NCBI GenBank assembly: GCA_965209155.1
Contig: OZ242383.1
Span: 32,001 to 96,000 of the forward strand
Source: a bacterium
Lineage (GTDB): Bacteria; SAR324; NAC60-12
Direction of reading: 5' to 3'
Length of the DNA stretch: 64,000 bases
The notes beneath the pieces were generated by a model, which was not told where the DNA came from, did no database searches, and saw nothing but the letters and a program-made list of their open reading frames with translations. Each line of letters opens with the position of its first letter. The first letter of the stretch is position 1. Positions 29,403-39,549 of the stretch are shown piece after piece. Made by a program: the position numbers and the translations under genes.

Positions 29403-29552
29403 GGAAAGCCGTATTAAGGAAAACTTCACGTACGGATTGATGAGGGGGCGGCAGAAATAGAATTATGGTCTACCTAAACGGGCACGAAGCTGGAAACAGA
29501 GGATACGCTGCCAAGGAATACCTAAGATACCTACGCCACTGCTCTACTCTAC
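29403..29552 (+). ncRNA. Group II intron 3' remnant (domains V-VI)
   Basis: ggaaAGCcgtat..ggaaaacttcacgtacggattgatgaggggg (DV) and terminal ctctactctac; no RT ORF upstream. Confidence 0.8.
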
Positions 29553-30039
29553 AGCGTGAAAACGTGGTGGCCTATTTGCCTAAATCGCAGTAAAGCGCAT
29601 TTCGCCAGAAACTGCAAAAGGCCTACAATCAGTGGGTCTACAAAGATGCCAAACGAGCTCTCAATAGAGTAAGAATAGAATTGAAGCTGATCAATCTTTC
29701 CGCTGTGAACAGTTTGCAAGAAGGGCAGGAGAAAACACTTACGCTCCATCGCCTTGGTTTGGCGGAAAAGCTCTCAGTGAGCTTCAGAACGACCAATTGT
29801 ATTTAATCTCTCAATCGACAGTTAGAAATTTTTACCGGACGAGTGAGTTATTGGCAGAATAGTAAACAGCGACAACGCTGGGTGGCAACTGCTTTATTGG
29901 AGATTGAAGGCAATCTCAGAAGAGTGAAGGGCTATAAACATCTCGTTCAGCTCAAAGAAGCAATGGCGAATGTCAATCAAATGAATAAAAAAGCAGCGTG
30001 TGTGTCGTTAAATATTTCAACTAGAATTGGGATTGAGCC
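29553..30039 (+). mobile_element. IS256-family transposase 3' remnant with stops
   Basis: RENVVAYLPK...LTLHRLGL...SFRTTNCI*SLN...QRWVATALLEIE..LRRVKGYKHL. Confidence 0.8.
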
Positions 30040-30058
30040 GTCTTTTCACTCACTTACC

Positions 30059-30661
30059 TCACAATGAACAAGAAACTATTATTACTACGATTACTATTGG
30101 TGGTATCAATTCCGCTAGACGGGGTAGCTGCACCGAAAAATACTCCCATGTTGGTAATTGTAGGGACGGAATAATGTCTTCAGCTACCAGTCTTACAATA
30201 ATTCTCCAACAGAAAACTAGAATCCCCCATAGGATTTCCAGTGTCGCGCCAATAGATGGGCCTAGTGACATAAGCAACAGATACACCTCTGGATACGTTT
30301 CGTACTTCTCAGTAACAATTCTCCGCGACCATGAAATTAATCCGGACGCAATGTAGCATGTTCCTTCTCCGCCATTTTTCCAAAATTGGAATACCTCATA
30401 GATCGTGGCAAGAGTAATTAGTAGTGGACCCAGAAATACGTTCAAAATCACCAAAGGATAAAATGCAATGGAGGCAGAAGGTTGGCCAATATTCAATAAA
30501 TGAACCAATAAATCTATCGGGAACGCAATTAGCGAATGCAATATAAGGTAGCCGAATACAAAAAATGCCCGTTTACAGATCCACCTATAGTGTAATCTAA
30601 ACCAAGGTACAAGGCATATCAGCATTGTTAATGGCACAAGAATTGAAACGAACATTTGCAC
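30059..30661 (-). CDS. Hypothetical polytopic membrane protein
   Basis: 200-aa ORF with several hydrophobic segments; no family recognised. Confidence 0.45.
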   Translation of the reverse strand: MQMFVSILVPLTMLICLVPWFRLHYRWICKRAFFVFGYLILHSLIAFPIDLLVHLLNIGQPSASIAFYPLVILNVFLGPLLITLATIYEVFQFWKNGGEGTCYIASGLISWSRRIVTEKYETYPEVYLLLMSLGPSIGATLEILWGILVFCWRIIVRLVAEDIIPSLQLPTWEYFSVQLPRLAELIPPIVIVVIIVSCSL

Positions 30662-30767
30662 GCCTATCCACTGATTGGCAGGGAAATCCGCTTGCTACTG
30701 CGATTGACAAACAGGTGTGTCGATCGGCGTTGAAGAATGATCCTCAAATTGGTTTGCAATATTGACC

Positions 30768-31637
30768 TCAATCTACGACCAGATGTTGCAACTCGGCAGC
30801 GCGCAGGGTCTCGGCGACTGCCACCTCGACTGCATAAAATAGGTGGTAGCCTGCCATTTTTTTGGCCAGCATTCCACTGTCGTCATCGTCGAACACGATA
30901 AAATCACGAACCAGTGAAAGGATGCGGCGCGGCTCGCAAATACCTTCCAGCATCATCTGCAATTGGGGCAGGTGAGCAGCAGCCAGCCTCTCACCCGATA
31001 TGGTACGCCAGGGTTTGAACCATTCCCGCCCCGCGGTGAGTGTACCGACCCGCGCCTCCACTTCGTCCGAGACCACCTGGGACGTATTCATGGCAAATTT
31101 GTAGGTCTGGAATTGCTGCCAGGCGGTCCAGATCGTCGCCTTCTCGACTGACGGGTTCTTCAGTTCAATTAGGCACAGGGGCAAGCCGTTGACGAACAGC
31201 ACTAGGTCGAGTCGACGTTCGTGTTTGTTCTCGACCAGAGTGAACTGGTTGACCGCAAGCCAGTCGTTGTTGGCAAGATTGTCGAAGTCGACCACGCGAA
31301 CCTGCAGACCCCGGATTCCCCCGTTGTCGACACGATGTATGACGGTGACCCAATCCACGATCATGCGGTGGAACGAACGGTTGCGGATTTCGAGCGTTGC
31401 ACCTTCCGCGCGAATCAGCTTGCGGAAAGCATCGTCCCTCGCCGCGCTCGGAATATCCGGATTGAGCGGGGCCAGCGCATCACGCAGACGTCTTTCCAGC
31501 ACAACCTGCCCATAGTCGAAACGTTTCGCAGTGAGGGTGCCGGGGGCGATGTCGAATCCCCGAACAATCCTCCAGCCCAGTCTCTCGAGCCAACCGAGCG
31601 CGCTCTGTTCTACGTCGGATTCGGTGATGGTGGTCAT
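30768..31637 (-). pseudogene. hsdR: Type I restriction enzyme R subunit, N-terminal fragment only
   Basis: [41 protein letters not shown]; ends before the helicase motifs. Confidence 0.88.
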
Positions 31638-31768
31638 GGGAATGTTCCGTTGCTCATGCCGCGAGTTCCTCCAGCACCTCCTCACGCTTGCTCCACATCA
31701 CGGGTCTCACATTGTAGTTTTGTAGCGCGTCCATTATGACCTGCGATACCACCTGATCCGAATCATTT

Positions 31769-32611
31769 AGAAACCGTTTGGTTAAATAAGACACTTTGCT
31801 AAGGTCACTTTGATCATGGCAATACGAATCATATTTTCAGCAGTGTTTGTGAGGATTTCAAAATCTTTGGATAGTCTTCTGAATCCGCCGAACCAAGCGA
31901 ATGTGCGCTCGACAACCCACCGTTTTTTCAAGAGGACCCACTGGCCCTTGATTCCTTTAACGATGTCGAGTTTCAGTCCCAATACCTTTTCCACAAATTC
32001 CAGCGAGGTGCCACAATATCCTTGGTCCGCGGAAAAAGCTTTCAAGCTTGGATATTTGCGAGTGGTTTGCTCAAAAACAGCGCACCCTTCCTTGGTGTCA
32101 GATTGGTTCGCTGCATGGACTTTCACATATAAAAGGTTGCCCAAAGTATCCACACTGATATGGCGTTTATGTCCTTTGATTTTTTTTTCCCCCATCGATG
32201 CCCCGCTCTTTGGAAGCATATTGGGTTTTCACACTTTGAGAATCGACGATGGCGTAACTGGGAAAAGGCTTCTTGCCCTGTTTCACACGAGTGCGGGCAT
32301 TGAGGTAATCCAAAACCTTTTGCCAAATCCCTCTTTGATTCCAGCGGCGATAATGATCATAAACGGTTTGCCAGGGAGGAAAATCATGGGGAAGCATTCT
32401 CCACTGACAACCCGATTTCACGACATATAAAACCGCATTGACGATGGTATGTTTGCTATGAATACTCTTGGCCCCTCGGGGGTCAGAACGTCTAAAAAAA
32501 TGTTCAATCTCAGACCATTCTTGATCGCTTAAATTGCTTGAATACATCTATCTCCTTTTTTAAAAAATGGAAATTTAGTAAACATGCAATTTTTTATCCA
32601 AACAGTCCCTT
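31769..32611 (-). mobile_element. IS5-family element with two ORFs (32167-32547, 31782-32219) joined by a probable -1 frameshift
   Basis: MYSSNLSDQEW, GCQWRMLPHDFPPWQTVY, IVDSQSVK, KGHKRHI.VDTLG, ADQGY, RWVVERTFAW; slippery GGGGAAAAAAAA near 32180-32192; imperfect IRs. Confidence 0.88.
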
Positions 32612-33470
32612 ATTTCCAATCCTTGACAATCTTATCCCTGAAAATAGCTGTAGATGAGTTTTTATAAACGTATTCAATTACACCAATTAGCTCTTTTGCA
32701 TAATCAAAGGGAATTGATATCATAAAAGGTTTGGAGCGCTCATAATCCACCTCGTAAGACATCATTTTCAATCTGAGGTCATTATATATCAAATAAGCAT
32801 CTACAAATGATTCCTTGTGGATCAATTCGCCATATTTATCACCTGAAATAGATCTTAGGCGCTCCTGGAGATCATAAAGGGAATAAGTTTCATTTTTTAC
32901 TAAATCTTCAATGTATATTTCATTATGCAGTACCGGAATGCCAGACATATTTTCCGGTTTCAAGTCAGTATTCTTTGCAACCCAGTGCCCGTCAAGAATT
33001 GGATTAAACCTTTTTATACTTGGACATAAGTCAACCGTCATTTGAATATTTATTTCGCGAAGTCGATGTAATCCATCTTTCGTTTGCCAGTCTTCGTCAC
33101 GTTGCTCACGAACAATTAACAAATCAATTCTGTTGTGTCTGGCTTTTGTCTCCGCTCCTTTTTGATAACCAATTTTAGTTGCAAAAACAGGTTTCAGATC
33201 AGGTATGTCCTGAATTTTTCCTATCAGAGCATCAATGTTATCAACGGATATTTTTGTTTTATAGTTTTTGCATTCAATAACCGTTTTATATTCGATTCCA
33301 GCGAACTCATACTCCCAGTACAAGTCAAATTCGCGTTCGATTCCTGAATTATCTATGATCTTTTTGTTGAGTTCGATTTCAATATTTTTCTGCTTTGCAT
33401 ATTCTTCTGAGTTCAAAATGGCTTGCTGTAGATTCTTAACGAAAATCTCGTAATCTTTTCCTTTCGACAT
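32610..33470 (-). CDS. Mrr-like restriction endonuclease
   Basis: GKDYE.FV, REFDLY, VIECKNY, GYQKGA...A (Mrr_cat pattern). Confidence 0.8.
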   Translation of the reverse strand: MSKGKDYEIFVKNLQQAILNSEEYAKQKNIEIELNKKIIDNSGIEREFDLYWEYEFAGIEYKTVIECKNYKTKISVDNIDALIGKIQDIPDLKPVFATKIGYQKGAETKARHNRIDLLIVREQRDEDWQTKDGLHRLREINIQMTVDLCPSIKRFNPILDGHWVAKNTDLKPENMSGIPVLHNEIYIEDLVKNETYSLYDLQERLRSISGDKYGELIHKESFVDAYLIYNDLRLKMMSYEVDYERSKPFMISIPFDYAKELIGVIEYVYKNSSTAIFRDKIVKDWK

Positions 33471-33688
33471 ACTTCTCTTTCCCTATAAATTTAAACACCT
33501 TGCTGTCGCAACCACCTGATCACGAAATTCTCCGATGATACCTTCGCCCAGCGCTTCATTTGTTGGCTTAGTTTAAGGTACGGATTGTGCATTAATTACA
33601 ATTAATTACATCGGGGCAAGGGGAATAAAATATCTCCGCACAGATGCAATCTGATCAATACAATAGCTCTTTATCTCCGTGAGAAAAC

Positions 33689-34153
33689 ATGCGCTATTTT
33701 TTTATTGTAATGATATTTCTAATTCCAATGGGAAATTTGAGAAGTCATGAAGATTCCATTTATACAAGCACTCCTATCAAATATGTGCATTTTCATAATG
33801 TAAAATGGAAGTCATGCTTTACTATAGAAACATGTCTATTTCATGTTAGTAAATCTGATTCAAACTTTAAAGGTCAACTTTCAATTATGATTACTCAAAC
33901 CTACGGTCCCAATAATATCGATCCAGGATGCATGGCCGAATATCGTTATGCTCAAATAATACTCTCCGAATTAGAAAATCGTTTCATAAACTCAAAAATA
34001 ATAGATCTTGTCAAATGTCAAAAAACAACAGATTTTGCAGATTTGCAATGTGATGTCCTAGTTGATGAAAAATCTATTGACAAATGGTTAAAAAGAAAAT
34101 TTTTTCTAAGAGACTTCTATATTCCATGGTGCAAACAATTAGAACCAGAATAA
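33689..34153 (+). CDS. Hypothetical exported protein, weak thermonuclease-like resemblance
   Basis: Signal-peptide-like start; C..E...A, IDLVKC, CDVLVDEKSI...WC pattern. Confidence 0.4.
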   Translation: MRYFFIVMIFLIPMGNLRSHEDSIYTSTPIKYVHFHNVKWKSCFTIETCLFHVSKSDSNFKGQLSIMITQTYGPNNIDPGCMAEYRYAQIILSELENRFINSKIIDLVKCQKTTDFADLQCDVLVDEKSIDKWLKRKFFLRDFYIPWCKQLEPE

Positions 34154-34299
34154 TAGGGTGCTTGCTCTCTGTTCTGAGAAATTTGTGGCAGTATTACCAA
34201 GGGACTGCAGGTACGATGTTGACAGGGTAGCACATGATCGGTTTTCACATCGGCTAATTGCAATATTTCGCGAATCGGTAGCACATCAAATTTAAAAGT

Positions 34300-34468
34300 G
34301 TAGCAATGATCGGTCAATTTTTGCGAGAACGATAGACTTCCAAGATTTGCTAGCCCTCTTTCCTTTTAAGCATAACTCATTGCTTGTAAATCATAAGAAT
34401 GGTAAAAAATCCCGTATATGGACATAGTGAGAAGCTGATGAAAAAACGTGGCGCTACGGCGATTCTAC
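34300..34468 (+). repeat. ~165-bp dispersed MITE-like repeat, copy A
   Basis: gtagca..atgatcggtcaatttttgcga..tagacttccaaga...aaaacgtggcg..ctac; diverged direct copy at 36788-36951. Confidence 0.75.
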
Positions 34469-34489
34469 AGTGTTTAATCAGAAATGCTG

Positions 34490-34920
34490 TTCTCATTCCC
34501 GTTCCGGCGAGCGTTCATCAAGGCAGGGTTTCGCTGAGGACCAGTGCCTGACGGACCGAGACCCCGGTGAACCAAGTTCACCGAACAGCTCCACAATCCC
34601 TTCATACTGTCAACGGTCCGGCAACTCCGGGTATTTCTCGAACCCACCAGAAGCATCTTTGAGGGCAACCCGTATTCCACAATTGAGGCTGGCACCGCGC
34701 GAGATCAGCACCGGGATCAGCTCCTTTCGCGCGTAAACGACCGCATAGTCGAGTAGCGTTGCATTACGATCCCGATCCCGGAGAGCGAAATCCGCCCCGT
34801 GGTTCAGTAACGCTTCGACCGCGCTTCGTTTGTCTCGGTAGATCGCCCAGTGAAGCGGAGGGGGCGCCTCCTCGGTGGAGTTGACGAGACCGGGCTACAT
34901 CGTCAGCAGCTTCCCAATCC
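34490..34920 (-). pseudogene. Ankyrin-repeat protein remnant
   Basis: PPLHWAIYRDKRSAVEALLNHGAD...ATLLDYAVVYARKELIPVLISRGA, with in-frame stops. Confidence 0.7.
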
Positions 34921-34929
34921 AGTTAAACG

Positions 34930-35649
34930 TCAACCGCTTCGATCTCGAGGCATCTCGTCCCAAGTCTGACCGTCGAGAGTTCTACCAGTGCGCTTCTTAA
35001 ACACGCCTCCCCACTGCTTGAAAAAAAACGGGACTTCACTGCTGAGGCAATTATCTCGGATTTCTCTTACCCAGTCGGCGTTCATGGGTCTTGCGCCTGG
35101 CCCCGATTCGCCACCCACGATGACCCAATCAATGCCTGACAGGTCAAGATCAGGTAGAGGTCCCAGTAAAGGCTCCAAGGAGAGGAACTTGATATAGGCA
35201 CCAGTGGCCTTCAACTGATCCAATCGATTTAGCCACCTCTCCGACTCTATACTTGTACCCAACCAGATATTTGGCCCCCAATCGAGGCGTGCGTTTATCT
35301 GCATCACCCGTCCAGGGCGCTTGGTAAGGATTTGAAACGTGTGCTGCGACGCTAGGTTCATGACTTCAAAGACTGATTGTACGAATTCTGAGGGAACAAC
35401 CTTGTGGAATAAGTCGCTCATCGAGTTCACGAACACGACACTCGGATTTTTCCACTTCAGAGGTTCCTTAACGACGGACTCATGGACAACGACCTCGAAC
35501 CCTCTTCGGTACTTTTCCATGCCCATGGTCTGAAGTCGCTTGGACATCCGTTCGGCATAGCAGTTCTTACAACCGTAGCTGATTTTTGTACAACCGGTGA
35601 CGGGATTCCAAGTAGTCTCCGTCCATTCAATTTTGGATAGTCTGGCCAT
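34930..35649 (-). CDS. DUF5131 (phage Gp37/Gp68-like, three-Cys radical-SAM-like) protein
   Basis: [62 protein letters not shown]. Confidence 0.92.
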   Translation of the reverse strand: MARLSKIEWTETTWNPVTGCTKISYGCKNCYAERMSKRLQTMGMEKYRRGFEVVVHESVVKEPLKWKNPSVVFVNSMSDLFHKVVPSEFVQSVFEVMNLASQHTFQILTKRPGRVMQINARLDWGPNIWLGTSIESERWLNRLDQLKATGAYIKFLSLEPLLGPLPDLDLSGIDWVIVGGESGPGARPMNADWVREIRDNCLSSEVPFFFKQWGGVFKKRTGRTLDGQTWDEMPRDRSG

Positions 35650-35653
35650 GGAC

Positions 35654-36517
35654 TTACATACGCGAGTTCAAAATATGACTGGCTATTTTCTTGGCAAGCT
35701 TTGCTCCTTTTGGGTTACCAGCGCAGAACATAAACTCAAACAATGGGGACTTCCTTGAATTCATAAAGGTCTTCGAAGTCTCTAAGTATCTGGGGCCAAA
35801 CAGACTTTTTAACTTGTCTTTGTATATTCTGATGATTCCGTCAACACCTGATTTACTTTGATACTGTTCGTCCTCTAGCCAAAATGACTGCTGAGGGATA
35901 ATGGAATATAGTTTATTCCAACTTTGATCACCAAAGATTCGATTCAGACGATCTACCCACTTTTCCGAAATATCTTCAGGCTTTTTCGATATTGGTAACA
36001 TTCTCCTAATCGAAGACACTGGAAAAAGTATCCAGGTATCAAGGGCCTCGAATCCTGCTATTTTTTCGATCGTAGCCCACTCAACCTCAGTTGCGAATGG
36101 ATCAAGAAAGAGTACGCCTCGCCATGCCTTCCAGTCTTCCTGCAGATTTTTCAAGAAAAAGTTTGCGTCGGACTCTTTAATCCAAATGTCTCTACCGGGA
36201 TATTCTTTGTGCAAGGACTGCAGCTTAGCAAATTGTTGAGGGTCTTTCTCGACAAAGATTAAGCGATCGAAGGGTTTATCAGCAATCTTTGTCGCCAGTC
36301 TTACTGACCCTTCGATAAAGTCCCGCGCGTCTTCGTCTTCGTTTCGCAGGCTGATTTCACCAGTGCCTGCAAAGGCATCAAGGTACATCAATTTGAAGAG
36401 CTGGTTCTTCAGTGCAGTGGTATAGGCGTCCAAGTACTTTTCCAGTATATTCAACTTTTCGACTGTCCACTGTCCACCAAATTTATCAGATGAGGAATTC
36501 GATGCCTTATTCATCAT
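35654..36517 (-). CDS. tcmP: Three-Cys-motif partner protein (Rossmann methyltransferase-like)
   Basis: [32 protein letters not shown]; directly upstream of DUF5131. Confidence 0.88.
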   Translation of the reverse strand: MMNKASNSSSDKFGGQWTVEKLNILEKYLDAYTTALKNQLFKLMYLDAFAGTGEISLRNEDEDARDFIEGSVRLATKIADKPFDRLIFVEKDPQQFAKLQSLHKEYPGRDIWIKESDANFFLKNLQEDWKAWRGVLFLDPFATEVEWATIEKIAGFEALDTWILFPVSSIRRMLPISKKPEDISEKWVDRLNRIFGDQSWNKLYSIIPQQSFWLEDEQYQSKSGVDGIIRIYKDKLKSLFGPRYLETSKTFMNSRKSPLFEFMFCAGNPKGAKLAKKIASHILNSRM

Positions 36518-36787
36518 ATTGCCTCTTGTTGCATGACATCATCGTACTCTTTTATTAATGAGCTGAGCTATGGTTGTCAAGGACTTCCTGTCACTGAGCT
36601 TAGACTCCGGTATCCTCACAAAACAACTGGGTAGTCTCCATAGACCTGTGTCAGCACTCCAAATAATTGTTCTTGTTCGAACATGAAACCCTATTCATGT
36701 TGATCCACTGCTGCCATGGTTATTTCCCCTTATTAGAATTAAACTAAAAATTAACTTATACACTAATTTTTAAAAAAAGTTAACATG

Positions 36788-36951
36788 GTAGCATATGATC
36801 GGTCAATTTTTGCGAAAACGGTAGACTTCCAAGACTTGCCACCCTTCTTTTTCCTCTTCAAGCATAACGCATTGCTTGTAAATCGTAAGTAGAATATAAA
36901 ATCCTGTAAATAGACGTGAGGTGATGAAAAACGTGGCGTGACGGTCGCTAC
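36788..36951 (+). repeat. ~165-bp dispersed MITE-like repeat, copy B
   Basis: Homologous to 34300-34468. Confidence 0.75.
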
Positions 36952-37460
36952 CGGAACTCAATTTGACAATAGATCTTTGATGACCTTGTGGCTGGGTTTG
37001 AGATTGAGCGCAGGCATAAAACTTATATTCTGAAACGGGTAAAGAGCAATAAATCAATCTTACCATATCGTTTGTAGTCCCCCATTTCAATAAAATTGGT
37101 TCAATCGTCCTCTAGTACATCACGGTGATAGTTCGTAAATACTCTTTATATCATTCCAACAAAAGCAGGAATCCAGGGTATCGAATCGTACCCTAGATTT
37201 CGGACTTCTGCCAGGAATGGCAACACCGAACAGCCGGAAGGAGAAGAACATGTATACACTTTTTCCATACGGTACTAGGGAATAAATTATCGGGTATAAT
37301 TGGAATTATCATTGAATATACTTTGCCATGCGCTGACGATTAATGGGTACGATGCATTCCCAACTATTCATTGACGCATTGAGATTCCAGGCATTTTAAG
37401 TATTATGAATAATGCTAAAATTCCTGATTTAACAGCTATAATCCTAGACTATTTCTCTAC

Positions 37461-38397
37461 GGGCTTGTTACAAAATAAATTGAACAACTAGATTTTTTGT
37501 GGTCTACTGATTTCATGACTAACCATGAGATCAGTAAAGAGTGGATTAAGGCGTTCGGCTACCTCAACGAGCCACAGAAAAGGTGGTTCGCAGCAGTAAA
37601 AGCAAAAGAGCTTGGCTACGGAGGTGTTTCACAAGTAAGTCGCGCGACCGGACTATCCAGAACGACGGTAACTCAGGGTCTCCGTGATTTAGAAGAAGAC
37701 GGATCGTTATCGCTTGACAGCGATCGTCTCCGTCGTGAGGGTGGGGACGAAAGTATTCGAGGCACAAGAGTCCTGAGTTGCTCAAAGCAATTGAGGGCAT
37801 TCTTGAAGAGTCTTCTGCAGGAGATCTGATGAGCCGCTTACGGTGGACATGCAAATCGACCAGATCTATCGCAGATCAGCTGTTTGCATGTCCTCAGATA
37901 CCTCTGAGTTTGCTGTCAATAGCCTTTGGCAGTGGTGGAGACACTTTGGAAAAAAGCGCTATCCCAATGCAACTGAGATTCTTGTGTGTGCCGATGGCGG
38001 AGGGAGCAATGGGAGTAGAGCTCGGGCATGGAAGTTTTACTTACAAGAATTAGCAAACAAGCTTGGGATACCAATTACAGTCGCGCATTATCCACTAGGG
38101 ACAAGCAAGTGGAACAAGATTGAGCATCGTATGTTTTCATTCATCAGCATGAATTGGAAAGGCAGGCCACTAGAAAACTATGAGTCCGTGGTGAGATTGA
38201 TCGCCTCGACTACGACCAAAAACGGCCTCAATATCAAGGCTCGACTTGATCGCAAGCAATACAAAACTGGTATGAAAGTATCCAACGAAGAATTTGATAA
38301 CATAAATCTAAAATTTGCAAAAAAGTTTCCTCAATGGAACTACACCATTCACCCTATATGAAACTCAAAGATGTTCAACTTATTTTGTAACAAGTCC
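37461..38397 (+). mobile_element. ISAzo13-family element, internally deleted/frameshifted
   Basis: 26-bp IRs gggcttgttacaaaataaattgaaca / tgttcaacttattttgtaacaagtcc; LNEPQKRWFAA..GYGG, LRWTCKSTR, ADGGGSN, GTSKWNKIEHRMFS. Confidence 0.9.
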
Positions 38398-38410
38398 TTA
38401 AACGTTTCAT

Positions 38411-39391
38411 TTAAGGTTTCTGTCTCGCTTTTAGACTTCCTGCGAAAACGACCATTCTGTTCGATCCATGTATATCCAGTTCCCTCTCCAATTTGGCGTT
38501 TCCATAAACTGGATGGAATTTCATGGACTCTTTCTTTTTAGTAAACCAAAGAATATAATCGAGATTTCCCGTAAGACCTGATGAACCAAGACCGACAGTC
38601 TTTTTTACTGAAATCTGAGAAACGAAATTTTCTTGTCCAAAGACTTCTTCAAGCAGAGCCTTTAGACGATGCACGTTTTCATCTCCAATCTGCACGAAGA
38701 TCGAACCACTCTCCGTGAGCAGGTCCCGGGCTACGGTCAGGCGATCCCGCAGGTACGTCAGGTAGGAGTGAATTCCGTCTCGCCAGGTGTCACGAAAGGC
38801 CTTGACCTGTTCCGGTTCACGGGTGATGTGGGTGGCGTTGCCGTCTTTGACGTCCCGGCTGGTAGTGGACCACTGGAAGTTGGAGTTGAACTTGATGCCG
38901 TAAGGAGGGTCGATGTAGATGCACTGCACTTTGCCACGCAATCCTTCGCGCTCGGCGAGAGAGGCCATCACCTGCAAGCTGTCTCCGAGGATCATGCGAT
39001 TGGACCAGTTGGCGTCATGCTGGTAGAACTCGGTACGGGCGTCTTCATCCGGCAGCCCGTTGAAGTCAGCAAAGAGGTCGAGTTGAGAGGATGTTTCCGT
39101 TTCCTTGCTGTGGCGTACCAGGTCGTCGACCAGCACCTTGGGGTGGACTTTTTCCTGGATGAAGAGCGGTGGCGCCTGCACGAGGAGGTCGGATGTGTCT
39201 TGTTCGTCCTTACCCCGCCAGACGAGTTGGGGATCGAGGTCACGGTTGCGACGTTGGTAGGCAACCCGGAGCGGGCTGCGGTCGTCCCTTTCCATGACGG
39301 CCTGGTACTCGGCGGTGGGGATGTTCTTCCGCGAGGCATCACCGTGAGTGAAGCTTTCCACTTGTTTATTCACTTTGGACGTTCCGGCCAT
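38411..39391 (-). pseudogene. mod: Type III RM Mod DNA methyltransferase, 3'-truncated next to ISAzo13
   Basis: DPQLVWRGKD, WSNRMILGDSL, QCIYIDPPYGIKF, GSIFVQIGDENVH; SAM-binding motif absent. Confidence 0.88.
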
Positions 39392-39549
39392 TGTTCTTTA
39401 GTTATGCAATGATTATTTTGCTGGTCAATAAAATTTTTCAGAGTAGAGCCCGGATGAGGTCACTGAGATACACCCGTTTTGTATTTTGCTCGTTAAACAC
39501 ATTTAATAATCGATTACTGATGTTTTATCTTAATCCTTTCTTAACAAAC

